From Hemiscyllium ocellatum (taxonomy: Eukaryota): a stretch of DNA of 64,000 nt. The notes under the pieces were generated by a model, which was given only the letters and a program-made list of their open reading frames with translations, searched no databases and had not been told where the DNA came from. The stretch spans positions 36,853,131 to 36,917,130 of the forward strand of contig NC_083416.1 of NCBI RefSeq assembly GCF_020745735.1, given 5' to 3'. Below, in pieces: positions 61,413 through 64,000 of the stretch. The position numbers and the translations under genes are program-made. The stretch's first letter is position 1; every line of letters starts with the position of its first letter.

Positions 61413-63320
61413 CTATCCTAGATCTAATCCTGTGTAATGAGATGGGAATAATTAATGATGTCATAGTTAGGAATCCTCTTGGAAGCAGCAATCACATTAT
61501 GGTTGAATTTAGAATACAGATGGAAAGAGCGAACATAAAATCCAATACCAGGATCCTGTGCTTAAACAAGGGAGACTACAATAGGATGGGGGAGGAGTTG
61601 GCTAAAGTAGATTGGAAGCAAACACTTTATATCAGGACAGTTGATGAACAGTGGAGGACTTTCAAAGCAATTTTTCAAAGTGCTTAGCAAAAGTATATAA
61701 AAAAGGAAGGACTGTAGGAAAAGGTATATTCTGCCATGGGTGTCTAAGGAAATAAGGGAGGCCATCAAATTGAAAGAGAAGGCATACAAAGTGGCCAAGA
61801 TCAGTGGGAAACTAGAAGATTGGGAAAGCTTTAAAGGTCAACAGAAAGCCACAAAAGGGCTATAAAGAAGAATAAATAGATTATGAGAAAAAAAATGTAG
61901 CTCAGAATATAAAGTCACACAGTAAAAGTTTCTATCAACATATAAAACAAAAAAAGTATGGCTAAAGTAAACATCATCCTTTAGAGGATGAGAAGGGGGA
62001 TTTAGTAATAGGATATGGGGAAATGGCCAAGGTAATGAATAGGTATTTTGTGTCAGTCTTCACGGTGGAGGGCATGAATAACATGCCAGACCTGGAAACA
62101 ATCATTATCACAAAAGAGGTAGTGTTGGGCAAGCTAATGGAGCTAAGGGTCTCCTGGCCCTGATGGTCTGCATCCCAGGATGCTAAAAGAGATGATGGGA
62201 GAAATAGCAAGTGCACTTGTGGTAATTTTCCAAAATTCGCTGGAGTCTGGGGCAGTTCCAGCAGATTGGAAAACAACAAATGTGACACCACTGTTTACAA
62301 AGGTAGGTAGACAAAAGATGAGGAATTATATATCAATTAACTTGAGTAGCGGGAAAATGCTTGAGTCTATTACCAAGGAAGAAACAGCAAGGCATCTAGG
62401 TAGAAATTGTCCCATTGGGCAGATGCAGCATAGGTTCATGAAGGGCAGGTCATGCTAAACTAACCTTTTGGAATTCTATGAAGGCATTACGAACACAGTA
62501 GGCAATGGAGTGGTGAACGCGTAGATGTGGTGAATCTCGATTTCCAAAAGACTTTTGACAAGATGCTGCACAAAAGGCTGCTCCATAAGCTGCAAGGCAT
62601 TATGGGCAATGTATTAGCATAGATGGAGGATTAGTTAACTAACAAACTTGGAATGTAGGGAATTGATGATGATAGCTTGGAAAATGTCTATATTACAGAG
62701 GGGGACATGCTAGATGTGTTAAAATGCATAAATTGGATAGATACCCAGGACCTGATCAGGTGTACCCTAGAACTCTGTGGGAAGCTAGGGAAGTGATTAC
62801 TGGGCTTATTGCTGAAACATTTGTATCATTGATAGTCACCGGTGAGGTGCCAGAAGACTGGAGGTTGTCTAACATGGTGCCACTATTTAAGAAGGGTGGT
62901 AAGGACAAGCCAGGGAACTATTTACCGATGAGCCTGACATTGGTGGTGGCAAGTTGTTGGAGGAAATCCTGAGGGACAGGATGTACTTGGAAAGACAAGG
63001 ACTGATTAGGGATAGTCAACATGGCTTTGTGCATGGAAAATTATGTCTTAGAAATTTGATTGAGTTTTTTGAAGAAGTAACAAGGAGGATTGATGAGGGC
63101 AGAGCAGTATGATCTATATGGACTTCAGTAAGGCATTTGACAAGGTTCCCCATGAGAGACTGGTTAGCAAGGTTAGATCTCATGGAATACAGGGAGAACT
63201 AGCCATTTGGATACAGAACTGGCTTGAAGGTAGAAGACAGGGGGTGATGGTGCTTTTCAGACTAGAGGCCTGTGACCAGTGGAGTGCCACAAGGATCAGT
63301 GTTGGGTCCACTACTTTTCG

Positions 63321-63634
63321 TTAGATTAGATTAGATTACTTACAGTGTGGAAACAGGCCCTTCGGCCCAACAAATCCACACTGACCTGCCGAATCGCAAC
63401 CCCCAGACCCATTCCCCTACATTTACCCCTTCACCTAACACTATGGGCAACTTAGCATAGCCAATTCACCTAACCTGCACATTTTTGAGAAGAAACCGGA
63501 GCACCCGGAGGAAACCCACGCAGACATGGGGAGAATGTGCAAACCCCACACAGTCAGTCGCCTGAGGCGGGAATTGAACCCGGCTCTCTGGTGCTATGAG
63601 GCAGCATTGCTAACCACTGTGCCACCGTGCCACC
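63321..63634 (-). mobile_element. Full-length HE1-like V-SINE inside CR1
   Basis: GGTGGCACGGTGGCACAGTGGTTAGC head on the - strand, (AATCT)n tail, imperfect TSD ccact..tttcgt. Confidence 0.92.
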
Positions 63635-64000
63635 CACTGTTTCGTCATCTATATAAATGATTTGGATGTGAGCATAAGAGGTACGGTTAGTTTGCAGATG
63701 ACACCAAAATTGGAGGTGTAGTGAACAGGGAAGAAGGTTATCTCCGATTACAACAGGATCTTGATCAGATGGGTCAGAGGGCTGAGGAATGGCAGATGGA
63801 GTTTAATTTAGATAACTGGAAGGTGCTGCATTTTGGAAAAGCATATCTTAGCAGGACTTATACACTTAATGGCAAGATCCTCAGGAGTGTTACTGAACAA
63901 AGAGACCTTGGAGTGCAGGTTCATAGCTTCTTGAAAGAAGAGTGGCAGGTAGTTAGTATAGTGAAGGCAGCGTTTGGTATGCTTTCCTTTATTAGTCATA

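Larger units (their letters stand above)
61040..64000 (+). mobile_element. Composite CR1 LINE fragments (two families) to the window end
   Basis: Endonuclease IMGDL..NW and LGSSNH; VPADWK; DFSKAFDKVPH; FADDTK. Confidence 0.85.

Overview
Vertebrate genomic DNA, most likely from a cartilaginous fish (shark): HE1-type V-SINEs, CR1/HER1-type LINEs, Deu-domain SINEs. Three spliced host genes lie in the order known from human 5q35. NOP16 is on the - strand (exons 1-4, running off the left edge). HIGD2A is on the + strand (2 coding exons, head-to-head with NOP16 across ~560 bp). A clathrin light chain, CLTB by synteny, is on the - strand (6 coding exons including the 54-nt neuronal exon). Most of the remaining recognisable sequence is nested transposons: CR1 LINEs, a Gypsy relic with Gmr1-like domain order, and several Penelope-like element (PLE) families. 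Highlights: (1) a recurring set of PLE-derived insertions built around minimal hammerhead ribozymes, from a very young 1.7-kb element with perfect 363-bp inverted arms down to 90-280-bp ORF-less palindromes with their own TSDs, whose junctions cluster at the ribozyme core; one of them has captured a CR1 3' end; (2) a candidate 45-nt stop-containing exon in CLTB at the position of CLTA's second alternative exon; (3) a CLTB protein with many CLTA-like residues; (4) a tandem array of TGATTGACAG decamers in the bidirectional promoter. All calls were made by eye, and repeat boundaries without a TSD are approximate.
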